Below, one piece after another: positions 1-12,538 of a DNA stretch of 64,000 bases. This DNA comes from Blasia pusilla (Eukaryota): positions 19,902,001 through 19,966,000 of the forward strand of contig CM114271.1 in assembly GCA_050084515.1 (NCBI GenBank). The letters are read 5' to 3'. Both the position numbers and the translations under genes were made by a program. The notes below the pieces were generated by a model. It made no database searches. It was given only the letters and a program-made list of their open reading frames with translations, and was not told the DNA's origin. Numbering within the stretch: position 1 is the first letter of the stretch; every line of letters starts with the position of its first letter.

Positions 1-398
1 TCAATGGGCATGTTCATGTGGATGGGCAGCCAAAGAGAGAAATGCTATGGCCCCGAGACACTTCTTTGTGGTGAGTCAAATGGATATGTGGAGCCTAGAA
101 GTACCATGATTGTATCCACCAGTAGTTTTGATTGATGCCACTTTCTGCTTGTACTTGAGTGTTCAAACCTCAAGGTGGCTACAAACATCTGTGATTTGTA
201 ACCAAGTGGGTGCTTGCGTTTTGGTTAATTGCCTATGTGCATTTGATAATTAATTGTGGAGTTGTATTTCTGCAGCGGATTTGGCCTTGCGTATTATTCG
301 AGAATTTTGATCGGTCTGTTTTTTCTCTCCAACGAACTGCTCCTTTTATTGCTAATAATTTGACTCTTGAGCTAAGACCTTTCTTTCCTTGGTTTCAG

Positions 399-3300
399 TT
401 GCCAGGGGAGAAGCAGAATGGATCTCGAGAGGTTTCCCTTTTGATGACTAAGCAACTGGCAGGACCATCCAACTCCTCAGGTTCCTCTGGTGATGAGATT
501 GGCTTTGAATTCCGGAAGCAACAGTTCATCTTTTCCGAAGAGGAGAGAAAATTCTCAAAACTCGGTTATCCATCAAAAGAATTGTTCGGAACTTACAGCA
601 AGTTCACCGGTCATGGATCAGAATCGAAAGCCCAAGTTGCTATGGAGAAATGGGGTAGAAACTTGTATGTCAGAACTTTCAAAATCTTTTTTTGCCACAC
701 TCATCCTGCCTATAGTGCTTTGGGCTCTGCTGCCAAAGCTGTTATACAATGCTGTAGCAAATCACCTGTCATGTTTGGATTGAACATTGAGATTGCAAGA
801 GTGTCAGATATGTGCGCTTAACTCTTGCTCGGAAATGTAAAAAGTCAAATTGAGGTTTGTAATTCATCTTTGTTAGCCTTGATCACAGCTTTGCCTTTGT
901 CCATGTTCAATAAGTGAGCATTATTGATCTCTTAAGTTTTGTGTTGGTCCTCTGCAGATTTGAGTTTCCTCAACCAACCTTTGGAAATCTTATGAAAGAG
1001 CACTGCATGGAGCCATTTTTTGTATTCCAGGTCGGATTCAGTACTCAGTGGAACAGAAATTGAGTTGAAAATCTGGAGTTTCGCTGTAGACTTCCTCATA
1101 CCTGGATCCTAGCTTTCTGCTCTTGGCGTGTCCTTTTCCCCTTGTCCAGACAGAAGTAGGTTCATAATGCTTAGGTGAAGTATGCTCTTTAATACAATCG
1201 TGATTGCTCCAGATATGGTATCAGTCTCTCTAATTATAGCTGGATGCAGTGCAGGTATTTTGTGTTGGGCTGTGGTGTCTTGATGACTACTGGTACTACA
1301 GTGTGTTCACCCTCATCATGCTAGTGTTGTTCGAGTCAACTGTAGTTAAGAGTCGCTTGAGGACTTTACAAGATTTAAGACGAGTGCGAGTGGATAGCCA
1401 GACATTGATGGTCCATCGGGGAGGAAAGTAATTATTCTACCCATCTTATGAACTTCACTGACCCTATTCACTTTCTCTGTAGTAAATAGTTTGTATTGAT
1501 GTTCATTGCAGAAAATATACTGCACTAGCAATTGGGTGGCAGCTTGTAGATGCAGTGGAAATATTAAATTCCATTTCATGAAGGATGATTCTTGTGTTGA
1601 GTGATTGGAACATGGATATGATTCAGTTACTTAATGATGCACTCATGGCTGTCTGTGCTTTTAGGATTGCCAATGTGAGGTGATATGTTGTCTAAAACAG
1701 TAGTATGTGTTTTTTGGCCCAGGTGGGTCAAGTTGTCTGGAATGGATCTGTTACCAGGGGACTTAGTTTCAATTGGTCGCCCAACTGGTCCGGGAAGCGA
1801 AGAGAGGACTGTCCCTGCAGATATGTTACTGGTTGCTGGTAGTGCAATTGCAAATGAAGCACTCCTCACTGGAGAGTCTACTCCACAATGGAAAGTATGT
1901 ATTACTTGGTCTAAACATTGAAAGTTGTCATCTGATGATTGTGACTATTCAGCTGTTTGGAGAGAATCCAATGAATGATGACTTCGTTGGGTGGCTCTGA
2001 TGTGTTTTAGGGGTCTATTGTAGGCCGGGATCCCAGTGAAAGACTATCAGTAAGGCGAGATAAGAATCATGTATTATTTGGTGGCACAAAGATACTGCAG
2101 CACACGGCTGACAAAGTGAGCTTTCCTATTTCTGGAAATGTTAATGTATGTTTCTTGCTGGTTTGTATCTGAATTAATCATTGATGTCAATGCTGTCTGC
2201 CTCATAATTGTTCTCTGATCATGTAGGGTCTAGTGAATCTGCTATATGTATGGTGGTAGGATGTCTCTAATAAATTATCCTGAACTGTTGTAGACTGGAT
2301 CGCTAAAAACTCCTGATGGAGGCTGTTTAGCTTTGGTTTTACGGACAGGATTTGAGACAAGTCAAGGCAAGCTGATGCGAACGATCCTTTTTTCCACAGA
2401 ACGGGTATTAATTCCTCTCAATCTTCTCTACAGTTTTCAATTAATCAAGTTCAAATTTTCTGTGAATCTCTGCTGATTATACCATGGTTCAAATAAAGCT
2501 TTCATTTTTGTTATAAGTGGTGAACTATATTTTGATCAATAGGAATCTTAAACAGTTTTGGTCATGTCTGATATCTGAAGGGAAGGTGTGACAGTTGGCT
2601 ACTTGTTTGATGTTGTGTTGCACTCCTGTTAAAAGTCTATTTTGTGACTGTTAGAACTGATTATCAATTTTACCATTGTGGCATTGACAACTAACAATTG
2701 TTGGAGAATGTTTTAAATGGATTTCAAAATTACATTTCTCAATGGAGATTTAAGTGAGGCAGTTTATTTTGACCGACGGAGATCTGATGGCACCTATGGT
2801 TGTCTTAGAGATTTGATCGGCAAGTGTAAACTTTGGCTACTTGTATGATGATATGTGCAGTGTCCTAAGCTTTTGAGTGTTGTAAATATATGAGAAATGC
2901 AGGACACTATGGCAATGATACGATAGCAGAGCTGCTTATGAACTTTATGGAGAACTTCGTAGACTATACTCATCCAAGCACCAGACTATATACTAGTCTG
3001 GATGGTGGCTAGAGACAAGATAGCCTACTAGTTTTACAGCGCCTCTTTTAGCCAAGTGGCTAGATGGGGAACCACTAAAAGTAGAGCGTGAGATGGTTCC
3101 AGGTATTGAAGCCTGAAACCTCATCTAAAAGATACAGTGCTACTTTAGCCAAGTGGCTTAGTGGCTAGTTAGATGAAGGACTGCTAAGAGTAGCAGCAAG
3201 AGAGAGTTCCTTTAACAGACATTCAGTTTAAGCCTGATACCTCTATCTAAGATGTATTTATCTAACTTTGAGTAGGTCTAGTCGCAGAGATTGGATGGGT

Positions 3301-6300
3301 TCCATGATTTACGAAGAGTTTCAAATTCATATGCTTCAATTCATGTCGAGAAATAATCCAGTCGCAGAATGGCACATGTTGGGTATACTTTTGGGCGTAG
3401 TCTGACAAGAAAAGGGTGGGAGGGGGAGGATGTGAAGAACCATTTTTGTGGAGCATATCAAGAAATATCTATACTCCAGAATTTATCCAACAGAAAATAA
3501 ACTGTATTTGTACTGTTCCTGGATTCAAATTAACCCCATGTTTTGAGAAACTATGCTTGCAGGTGACAGCAAATAATTGGGAGAGTGGACTCTTTATCTG
3601 TTTTCTGGTGGTATTTGCACTCATTGCAGCTGGTTATGTCTTGAAGAAGGTTAGTTCTGTCCGCAATACATTGTCTGGATATGATGATTGTCATCATGTT
3701 ATTAGGTTATACTGATATTTCTGGTCTTGATAGAAGTATCTTATCTGTCTTGGTGTAGTTGTACTAATCGCTCTTGCCATAATCTGTAGGGCTTGGAAGA
3801 CCCGACCCGCAGCAAGTACAAGTTATTTCTCAATTGTTCCCTGATTATCACTTCAGTGATTCCTCCAGAGCTTCCAATGGAGCTTTCAATTGCAGTCAAC
3901 ACATCTCTAATTGCCCTTGCCCGGAGAGGAATTTTCTGCACTGAGCCTTTCCGGATACCTTTTGCTGGCAAGGTACCAAGAGGGCTAAACTGTTATTAAC
4001 TTAAAAGATAACTTGTGGCACTGAATCAAGAATACGATTATTAGAATAAGTCTTATTGCAGAGTTGATCTGTAATGGTTAAAACTTGTGAATTTGTGCTC
4101 CTCTTGACATGATAACAGACCAAGGTCTGTGAGTGATTACATCTACAGTTTCAAGTTACAGTTCTTGTAAGGAAGAAAAAGTCCCACATCAATTTTGACG
4201 TGGGATACATGAAAGGAGTTTCTCTTTGAATTGGGGATGCATTTGAACTGAGAATGCGATCATGGTCTAAATGTGCAGGTGGATGTCTGCTGCTTTGACA
4301 AGACTGGGACTCTTACAAGTGATGACATGGTACTTGAACTGGGCACACTCGTACAATGGGCCATTGGGATGAATTGCCATACATTTACTGTCAATGTCCC
4401 TTCATTGGAGTCAATCATTTGTGACTGGTGCTTGTTGAGTTTAAGCCCCTAAAGGAAGGGCTCCTAGTCATTGGTGGTGGAGCAACATTCCAACAGGCAT
4501 CTTGCATGTTATACTTAGGTTTTAATGAGAGTGCCTTGACTTGCTTCATCTGTGACTGGTCTGGAAAACCCTCAGGAATTTCGTGGAGTTGTGGTTCTCG
4601 TGGGCAATTCACATCTTGAGATAGACTCGACCAAGTTTCCAGACCCCACTGTCCAGGCTTTAGCTGCATGCCACGCCCTCGTTTTTGTTGATAACAAACT
4701 CGTAAGGTTCTCTCTCCTAATTGTCTTGTCAATCTATTTATGCTGTAAACTAACTTTCATGTCTACCTCATGGTAAGTTTTTGTGCTATCTCATGCCGTC
4801 ATGTCCTACCCAATTCCTCGCTCAATTCATTGTCTAGATTGACAACACAATCAAGTCAAGACTGTTAGCAAATTGATTGTGTTGTCAATCTACGAGTGTA
4901 GGATATGTAGGGCAAGACTTAATCCGGCCAGCAATTGGTGTGATGCAGGTAGGCGATCCCTTGGAGAAAGCTGCATTGAAAGGTGTTGATTGGAGCTATA
5001 CTTCAGATGAGAAAGCTATAGCACGCAAGTAAGTTGAGTCTTATCTTGTTGGAAAGAACTCTCTCTTCATGAGTAGAGTGTCTTCGTAGAAGCTAGGTTG
5101 TAAGCAATAAAACCTCTCAATCAATTGCACAACCACTCCAACACACGTTTGTTTGAATCTCAATGGGATCAACCTGAGTCAGCAAACAAAGTTGGCAAGA
5201 ATCAGATTGGCACTTCACACTCACACTTGAAGGAGAACACTACCAAAGTGAATCAACGCAAAAGGGGACCTTAATACAGTGTGCACGGATGGAACCCAAG
5301 ATTGGCCATTGCTTACATATGTGTGCCCTGGAGGAAAGGCTTTAGTTCTTATTTGATAGTCTGGCTACTTGCCCTAGTTTTTCCCTTAACCCAAAGTTTT
5401 TAGTCCAAATATCTAGGACTTAATCTTAATCACTCGAAACTTGAGTTTTGTGAAGCAATGGATTGAAAGTTACAGACTACTGTATTTTATGTCTGGACTG
5501 GGCTAGGTCTTTCCAACAGACCTAAGCTTGAGTCCGTTGAAGATGAATGCACAGGGATTTTGTATTACAGTGTGCTGTGTGTTCATTCCTACATTTGTCT
5601 GCTTGTGGCTCTTGGCCCTCACTTTTTAACTGTTCCTATTCTGATGCTGTGTTTGTTATCCGATGTATTTATGGGAAATATAAGCACACTTAAAACTTGT
5701 TCAAACCAGGCCTACCCATTCATTGTCCCATATCCAATGGCACCAGATGATGTGGGTGATGCAGGGGCAGTGCACCTCCTGTACAGATTATTGCACGCCA
5801 TCATTTTGCTTCACACTTGAAACGAATGGCAGTGGTGACTCGGATCCAAGAATGTTTCTATGCTTTTGTGAAGGTAACAATTTTTTGGTGGTTGCTGTTT
5901 TAGGAAAGGATTCTATAGAGAGTAGAAAGTGACGATTTTGAAAAACGAATACTTGTGGAGACTGTCCTACCTTGGGTGCATTCTCATGGTGGCTTGTGAA
6001 CCTTTGTGCAGGGTGCACCTGAAACAATTCAGGAAAGACTTTCGGAAGTGGATCCAGGATATGTGGAGACTTATAAGGAGTATACTCGTCAAGGTTCTCG
6101 AGTCTTGGCACTAGCTTACAAGCGTCTTCCAGATATGGCAGTATGTTTTCTGTTTATCTGTTTACTGTTGTGTGTGTGTTTTTTTTGTTTCATGCTAGTT
6201 TTGACATTTATGCCCAGGTTTCCTTGCTACCCAGGTAAGTATGGTGCAGTTGTGAAATTGAAGCTGCCAGTCAGTAGGTCTAATTAGACCAGTTGTATAT

Positions 6301-9131
6301 AAATATGACACAGCAGTTCTTTATAGCCAGTACTTCTGTTGTTTGGTTTGTGCAGGTTGGAGAAGCTAGAAGCTTAGATCGTGAGGTGGTGGAGAGTGGT
6401 CTGACCTTTGCTGGCTTTGCGGTATACTTCTGGTTGGCCTGGAATATCTGTGCGTTCTCTTTTGGTGACGAAAGTGAGTTGGATTGTCAGAGATCATCTG
6501 AAAGCTGGATTGTGTGAAGGGGAGATCGTGGGGGCTTTACTTCAATGCCATTCTTCGTACCCTCTGATTAAGATCTGATTCATGTTGGGATCTGCTACAG
6601 GTTTTTGCTTGTCCACTTCGTAGTGATTCAGCTGTGGTATTGAAGGAGTTGAAAGAGTCATCACATGACCTGGTATGGATATGATTCTCTTTAATAATTT
6701 TGAAAGGGAATTTATTTATGGCCACTATTGCTTAACCCATGTAGCATTGGTATTGGCGTGAGCATATTCCACATTTTATTTTCTCCCCTACACTACATTC
6801 AGCTGGCCGTCTGTCTCGTGCTGAAGAGGGTTCTTTGCGTGGTGAAGCTTGTGCTGTGATTGTTGACTGCTGGCAATGAAGTATGCGAAGTAGATGCAGT
6901 GGTCCGGGTTTCTATTTGCTGATGGAGTGTTTCGATGTTGCATCTGAGGAGACTTACATCTTTTCATGCTGTTTGCAGGTTATGATCACTGGAGATCAAG
7001 CGCTCACTGCTTGTCATGTTGCAGCACAAGTCCATATCATCACCAACACGGCTTTGATTTTGACACCCCGGGCAGAAGATCCAAATGGAGCCTGCTTTGA
7101 TTGGATTTCACCAGATGAGAGAATCACACTGGCTTATAAGTATGAAGTGGACTTTGATTCAATCACTTTCACTTTCTAGCTAGAAGCTTTTGTGTATCTC
7201 CTCATGTCTCCAGTCTTTACTGATTATGCTATCATTGTATATGCCAAGTGTTACTAGCGGCTAATGCCTCCTTTGTGAGTGATTGTAGGGAAGAGGAGGT
7301 TCTTGAACTTGCAAACACATATGATCTCTGTGTCGCGGGAGATGGGCTTGGCATGTTGCAGCGCAGTAATGCTTTGGAGCTTGTGGTACCCTCAACCAAG
7401 GTTGGTCGATGCTGTTTGTAGTTCCTTCTGACTTGGTCTTCCCCACTTTGACAAGAATCATCTTTTAACTTATATTTTATATTCTTAGGTCTTTGCAAGA
7501 GTTGCTCCTGATCAAAAGGAGCTGATCTTGACAACACTGAAAGCCGCTGGACGCACTGCTCTCATGTGTGGAGATGGGACTAATGATGTTGGTGCACTCA
7601 AGCAGGTAAATATCACATGTTTCACATGGTGTCTCACATGCTTATAATGTTTTCACTTGTGGTTATCTAGGGTGTCTTGTGCTGGTTCTTTAGTACCAGC
7701 AAGGATTGTTGTTTTTCTAATCAGTCTGTGAGTTGCAGGCACATGTGGGAGTTGCCCTTTTAAATGCCATTCCTCCTGTCCAAACTCCTACTGCTGATGG
7801 TTCGGATTCACAGTCAGGGACTGACAGCAGCTCTGAGACCGGATCTGGTAAATACTCAAAAGGTTATTCATAGTTCCCTTGTGTACTTAGTAACATGTTG
7901 AGGATGTTAAGGAGTGATTGAATACCCTAAGGCTTCAATAACTAGATCTTTTTGTACACCTCATGATCCACTTTTGATGTTCAGACTTCTCAATTTTTGC
8001 CACCTTGACTCAGATTATTAATAGTCTTTTTCCTATGTAGGTTCTCAAATTGCCTCAGGCGGGCAGAGTAGCAAAACCAAGCGATCAAAAAGTGGTATTC
8101 CAGGGCCTACAGGGGTTGCAGGGGCCATTCCAAGCTCTTCTGGCGTTGCAACACGACCAGCTAGGGTTGCGTTACCTACTGGCCAACAGACTTCTCCCAA
8201 AGGGCCTTCCACAAGTCAAGGAGGTCGTCCATTAACTCCAGCTGAGCTCCAAAAATTAAAGATAAAGAAAATGATGGATGAGCTAAATGAAGAGGGAGAT
8301 GGAAGGAGCGCACCAGTTGTCAAGCTAGGGGATGCGTCTATGGCCGCACCTTTCACAGCGAAACACTCTTCAGTCCGACCTACAACTGATATCATAAGAC
8401 AGGGTCGCAGCACTCTGGTAACCACATTGCAAATGTTCAAAATTTTAGGCCTCAACTGCCTTGCGACAGCATACGTGCTCAGTGTCATGTACTTGGATGG
8501 AGTGAAGTTGGGCGACATGCAGGCTACCATAAGTGGTGTTTTCACTGCAGCTTTCTTCCTGTTCATATCTCATGCCAAACCCTTGAACACGCTTTCGTCT
8601 CAGAGGCCCCATCCCAATATCTTCAGTCCTTACGTTATTCTTTCATTACTTGGTCAGTTTGCAATCCATCTGACTTTTCTTGTCATAGTAGTGAATGGTG
8701 CACAGAAATTCATGCCTGAGGAGTGTATTGAGCCAGATTCTGAATTTACTCCCAACCTAGTCAACACTGTGTCATACATGTCCAACATGATGATCCAGGT
8801 TGCCACCTTTGCGGTGAATTACATTGGGCATCCTTTCAACCAGAGCATTCGAGAAAACAAACCCTTTTGTTTTGCCCTCACGTCAGCCGCAATTTTCTTT
8901 ACGGCTTTACTGTCAGACATGTTCAGGAGTCTGAATGATTGGTTGAGATTAGTGCCCTTACCCCAACCATATGGTCGCCAAGTACTTGCTTGTGCTGCTG
9001 CCATGGTGTTGGGTTGCTTCTTGTGGGAGAATGCTCTCCGCTGGATGTTCCCTCCCAAGATGCCGTCAAACAAGCATCGTCAACGTCGGAGAACAGTCAT
9101 GAAGTCATCAGAGCTGAAGAAAGCAGATTGA
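399..9131 (+). CDS. PDR2: P5A-type ATPase (PDR2/Spf1/ATP13A1-like ER transmembrane-helix dislocase); multi-exon, N-terminal exon(s) upstream or unresolved
   Basis: GT-AG exons read manually: ~399-664, 958-1030, 1255-1427, 1723-1894, 2011-2115, 2294-2404, 3563-3649, 3790-3972, 4279-4329, 4576-4701, 4949-5028, 5765-5873, 6012-6140, 6356-6421, 6601-6672, 6979-7139, 7289-7400, 7489-7605, 7739-7862, 8041-9131 (stop). Motifs: LTGES (A domain), VIPPELP (P5A signature), CFDKTGTLT (phosphorylation site), [29 protein letters not shown]. The first exon boundary is approximate. Confidence 0.95.
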
Positions 9132-10588
9132 TCCTTAGATTCAATTTTTTTACCAGAAGTGCCATGGTGTTGAGCATGGTCCCTGCAGGTAGTAAAATCT
9201 CAAATGAACACACAGCCTTGTCCGAAAGCGCACAAGGATTTATGCTGGGATGTAGCACCGAGAAATCTTTTTTTGCGGAAGGAAATGACATTTCACCCTG
9301 ACTTGAAATCTTTGAGGGAACATCCGCACCAGAGTGGGTGTTCAGGAATCTGTAGCGGAGAAATAGATTTTTAGCCTTCTTATTGAAATTTGTGGCCAAG
9401 CCTCTTGATCTGATGTCTGGTTCTTTATTTACGGTTATCAAAGTTTGCCCTCATTGATGTCGGCTTTCCTTTACTGCGATGAAAGGGTATGCTTGTGTCG
9501 CCGTCATTGTGATGGGCCAAAGTTAAATAGTGTTTATTTGTCGGATGGTACATTTCGCAAAACTTATCTTCAGGACTTCCATTTGGCACTCCTAGCGGAC
9601 TACCACTCGGAAATAGTAGGAATGATTTCAATTTCGAGATACTGATCGATGAATCTAGGGTCGCGAATGAATTTGATGCGAGTTGGTGGACTAAACTTTC
9701 ATGCGGATGTGTGGGACGAGTACTGCCCATTGATGTAGAACCATTCAAGGGCATGTTGAATTCGAGGTATCGCCAGCGAATCTTTGACCTACACCGAGCA
9801 TCCTCAGGCGTCCTTCATTATGTTCCACCTCATGGTATTTAAGTCCACCTAGTGCCACACCCAATTCTACTGATTTCGGAATCGGTGCAGGTTCTCTAAC
9901 CTTGGAGGAAATGTTGTAGTTCAACCCCGCAGCCGCAACTCATGACACCCTAAACCCCTTTACCCTCAAAAAGTAGCCTACCGTATCCCTTGTCGTGGTT
10001 GTCTCATGCAGCCGTGGATATCTCGAGAAGTTTCTATATTCGCTCAAGAGTGCAGGTGACAGGAGTACATGTGGCGGGCCCCCCCCCCAAAAGCGGTTCG
10101 ATGCATCTCGAGCTCATCCTGTCTGCTCCACTTAGCTTAGTAAATCTGCGACTCCGGTAGATCAGGTGCAGTAAGACGTGGCAGTCGGGTGTTTCCGGGG
10201 TCGAAAGCCCAGGAAGGGTGCGTCAAATTTCGCCGGCTCCGACATCCAGGAGCAGAAATGGCACTAGCGATCTGCAGCGCAATTCGGGATCGGGATGCTG
10301 TTCTTGAATTAGATTGCAGTGGAGAGGGTACGAATTAGGCTTACGTTTCTGCCTGGTATCTGCCCACTTAAATTAACTAATCTAGAATCATCCTGACGTG
10401 AAAGGTCTTCGACCATACCTGGATCGTGGTATGTATCTTAGTCTCAGCGGTTCCCGGGTAATAGCTGCCCACGAAGAGAAACTGCGGTACAAGAGAAATC
10501 AGACCCGGAGGTGGGGAGGCACCTCCGTTTCAAGCCGAGACAGGCGTTCCTGCAAATAAGTACAACCAGAGAAAAAGCATGATTCGAA

Positions 10589-12538
10589 CTAGACATAGTG
10601 TGAGCTCGAGCGAGACGGCGTGCTGTGAGGCGAGCTCCGACCAGATCGATGCGATGGAGATGGGGTGCAGCGGTCGCTAATATTCGTGGGACGTTCCTGG
10701 GACCCTACGTAGCAGCCCTGTGCTGGTGGTAATGAGCTCCCGATCGGCCTAATGTGAACCCTAAGTTTTGCCCCTTGAGTCTCTATTTGGAGCGGGTTCG
10801 ATAGAGGCCGGTATCCGGGACTGCGGTCCTTGGGAGAACTAATTCTGCTGCGGATCTTATCCGGCTGCCATGAAGTGAATGAAGGCTGGTATCCAGGACT
10901 GCGGTCCTCGGGAGAACTGCTTCTGCTGCGGATCTTATCCGGCTGCCATGACGTGAAGGAAGGCTGGTATCCATGACTGTGGTCCTTGGGAAAACTGCTT
11001 CTGCTGCGGATCCTAGCCCGCTGCCATGAAGTGGAGGAAGGCTGGTATCCGGGACTGTGGTCTTTGGGAGAGCTGCTTCTGCAGCGAATCGCAGGCGGCT
11101 GCCATGAAGTGGACGAAGGCCGGTAACCGGGGGGGCTGTTGTCGGCAGACTTGCCCTGTCCACGATTCTTGTGGCTGGAATAGGTCGTAGCTCCAGCAAC
11201 TCTTCGAAAACCGCTTCCTGGGCTTGCCAGTTTCTTTTTCACTTTCGGGGATTTTCCCGGGGAATTCTTACCAGTGCGGGCAGAACTTTTGATCACCCTA
11301 CGGCCCGAGCCTACGGGAGAAGGCGGTCTACTGCCCGCGAAACCTCGGGGATTCGGAGGTGTGCTCCGACGGACCGGACTTTTGAGGCTGTTGCGCGGTC
11401 CTACGGGGGACTGCACGAGAGATATCCTCTTGGGCCTTGGGAGCGGCGCTTGAGGAGATTGCCGTGGACTGCCATGGAAGCCGCGCTGAGTTGCAGGCGG
11501 GGGAATGTCGCGACTGGGAGAATGCTGACGAGCGGACCTCTGGATTCGCAAGCGTACGGCCGGTCTAATGTAGGTACGGCCATCCGACGTCCTAGGAGGG
11601 TACACACATTCTGCATCTTCGGGATCTGAGATTGGAGACGGGGGAGGTCTGACTGCTGGTGCGCTCCGCGGCCTTTCCTGGTCTACGTGGGCCCTGGCTG
11701 CAACAGACCTCGCCCGTCCGGAAGGGGTTTCTTCCCTCCTGGAATTTGCGACCCTGCCTATCCCTGCTCTAGCAGTCCAACCTCCGCCCGGGCCTTCGTT
11801 CTTTCGGAAAAGCGCCATCGTCTCTGTGTTATCTAGCATCCGGGTTTCGTGCCGCGGTCGGGAGGCGTACTTGGATGGAACTTTGATTTTGGGTGGAGTT
11901 TTATAGCGCTCTCGGATGAAACCCCAAGGAATCCCCGGTTCCTCGGGACTTCTCGGAGGGCTGGGATTTCGGGAATGACCTGTTGGAGTCCGAGAGCGTT
12001 CTGCGAGGAGGCGGCTTGGATTTTGCCCATGTCGTGGCGGATTAGGTGAATGCTCTCGGGCAAAGTCCCAAGGAATCCCTGCTTCATCTTGGGCATGAGT
12101 TATTGACCAGCCTCGATCACTCCCGGTCTGACCGCGATCTAGCCAGCTTTCCTCGACTTCGTCAAAGGGTTCCCCGGTGCGCCGGAGCTGAGCCACGAGG
12201 TTTCTAGGGCAATCTGGAGCGTTCAGCAGGAAATTGTTGAACGAGCGCTTGTCACCTTTCCAGTTGTTCCTATATCGCACGCGGTCATGGTAGAGCATCC
12301 CAATTCTGCGTGTGGTGGGGCTGGGATCTGGGCTGCCCAAGCAAGCCACCGGGGAGAGCGATCTGAAGGGTGAAGGAATACCAAAACATGATATTATAGC
12401 TTGTTCAATTCGCGTCTGTGTGTCGTCACTTCGAGGACTCCCTCGGCTCTGGTTGCTAGACATGTAGCTCACGAGCATCCTCATCACAGGCCATCTCGGA
12501 TGCCATGGAGATACGATTAATCCGAAGGGACGTTCCAT
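10589..12538 (-). CDS. Uncharacterised Ser/Pro/Arg-rich, probably disordered protein (649-aa ORF; may be one exon of a larger gene)
   Basis: ATG-initiated 1950-nt uninterrupted ORF in GC-rich sequence with SP/RS-rich composition and internal in-frame repeats; no recognisable domain. Confidence 0.55.
   Translation of the reverse strand: MERPFGLIVSPWHPRWPVMRMLVSYMSSNQSRGSPRSDDTQTRIEQAIISCFGIPSPFRSLSPVACLGSPDPSPTTRRIGMLYHDRVRYRNNWKGDKRSFNNFLLNAPDCPRNLVAQLRRTGEPFDEVEESWLDRGQTGSDRGWSITHAQDEAGIPWDFAREHSPNPPRHGQNPSRLLAERSRTPTGHSRNPSPPRSPEEPGIPWGFIRERYKTPPKIKVPSKYASRPRHETRMLDNTETMALFRKNEGPGGGWTARAGIGRVANSRREETPSGRARSVAARAHVDQERPRSAPAVRPPPSPISDPEDAECVYPPRTSDGRTYIRPAVRLRIQRSARQHSPSRDIPPPATQRGFHGSPRQSPQAPLPRPKRISLVQSPVGPRNSLKSPVRRSTPPNPRGFAGSRPPSPVGSGRRVIKSSARTGKNSPGKSPKVKKKLASPGSGFRRVAGATTYSSHKNRGQGKSADNSPPGYRPSSTSWQPPAIRCRSSSPKDHSPGYQPSSTSWQRARIRSRSSFPKDHSHGYQPSFTSWQPDKIRSRSSSPEDRSPGYQPSFTSWQPDKIRSRISSPKDRSPGYRPLSNPLQIETQGAKLRVHIRPIGSSLPPAQGCYVGSQERPTNISDRCTPSPSHRSGRSSPHSTPSRSSSHYV
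10806..11135 (-). repeat. Coding tandem repeat, 78-bp unit (26 aa, SPGYQPSxTSWQPxxIRSRSSSPKDx), ~4.3 copies
   Basis: Units starting ggc(c/t)ggtatcc recur about every 78 bp (near 10807, 10885, 10963, 11041, 11119) and keep the frame of the 649-aa ORF. Confidence 0.9.

Noticed and set aside
210-821. The 203-aa ORF as a complete protein or the start of the ATPase
   Set aside because: It has a non-ATG start and intronic sequence on both sides; only about 399-664 matches the P5A ATPase.
2960-3255. Degenerate ~100-bp duplication in an ATPase intron (tttagccaagtggct...aagcctga...atctaa)
   Set aside because: It is real but old, with no TIR, target duplication or RNA-gene hallmarks that I can support.
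10806-11135. Regularly spaced repeats as a CRISPR array
   Set aside because: The whole 78-bp unit repeats with no unique spacers, it lies in frame within an ORF, the context is eukaryotic and there are no cas genes.
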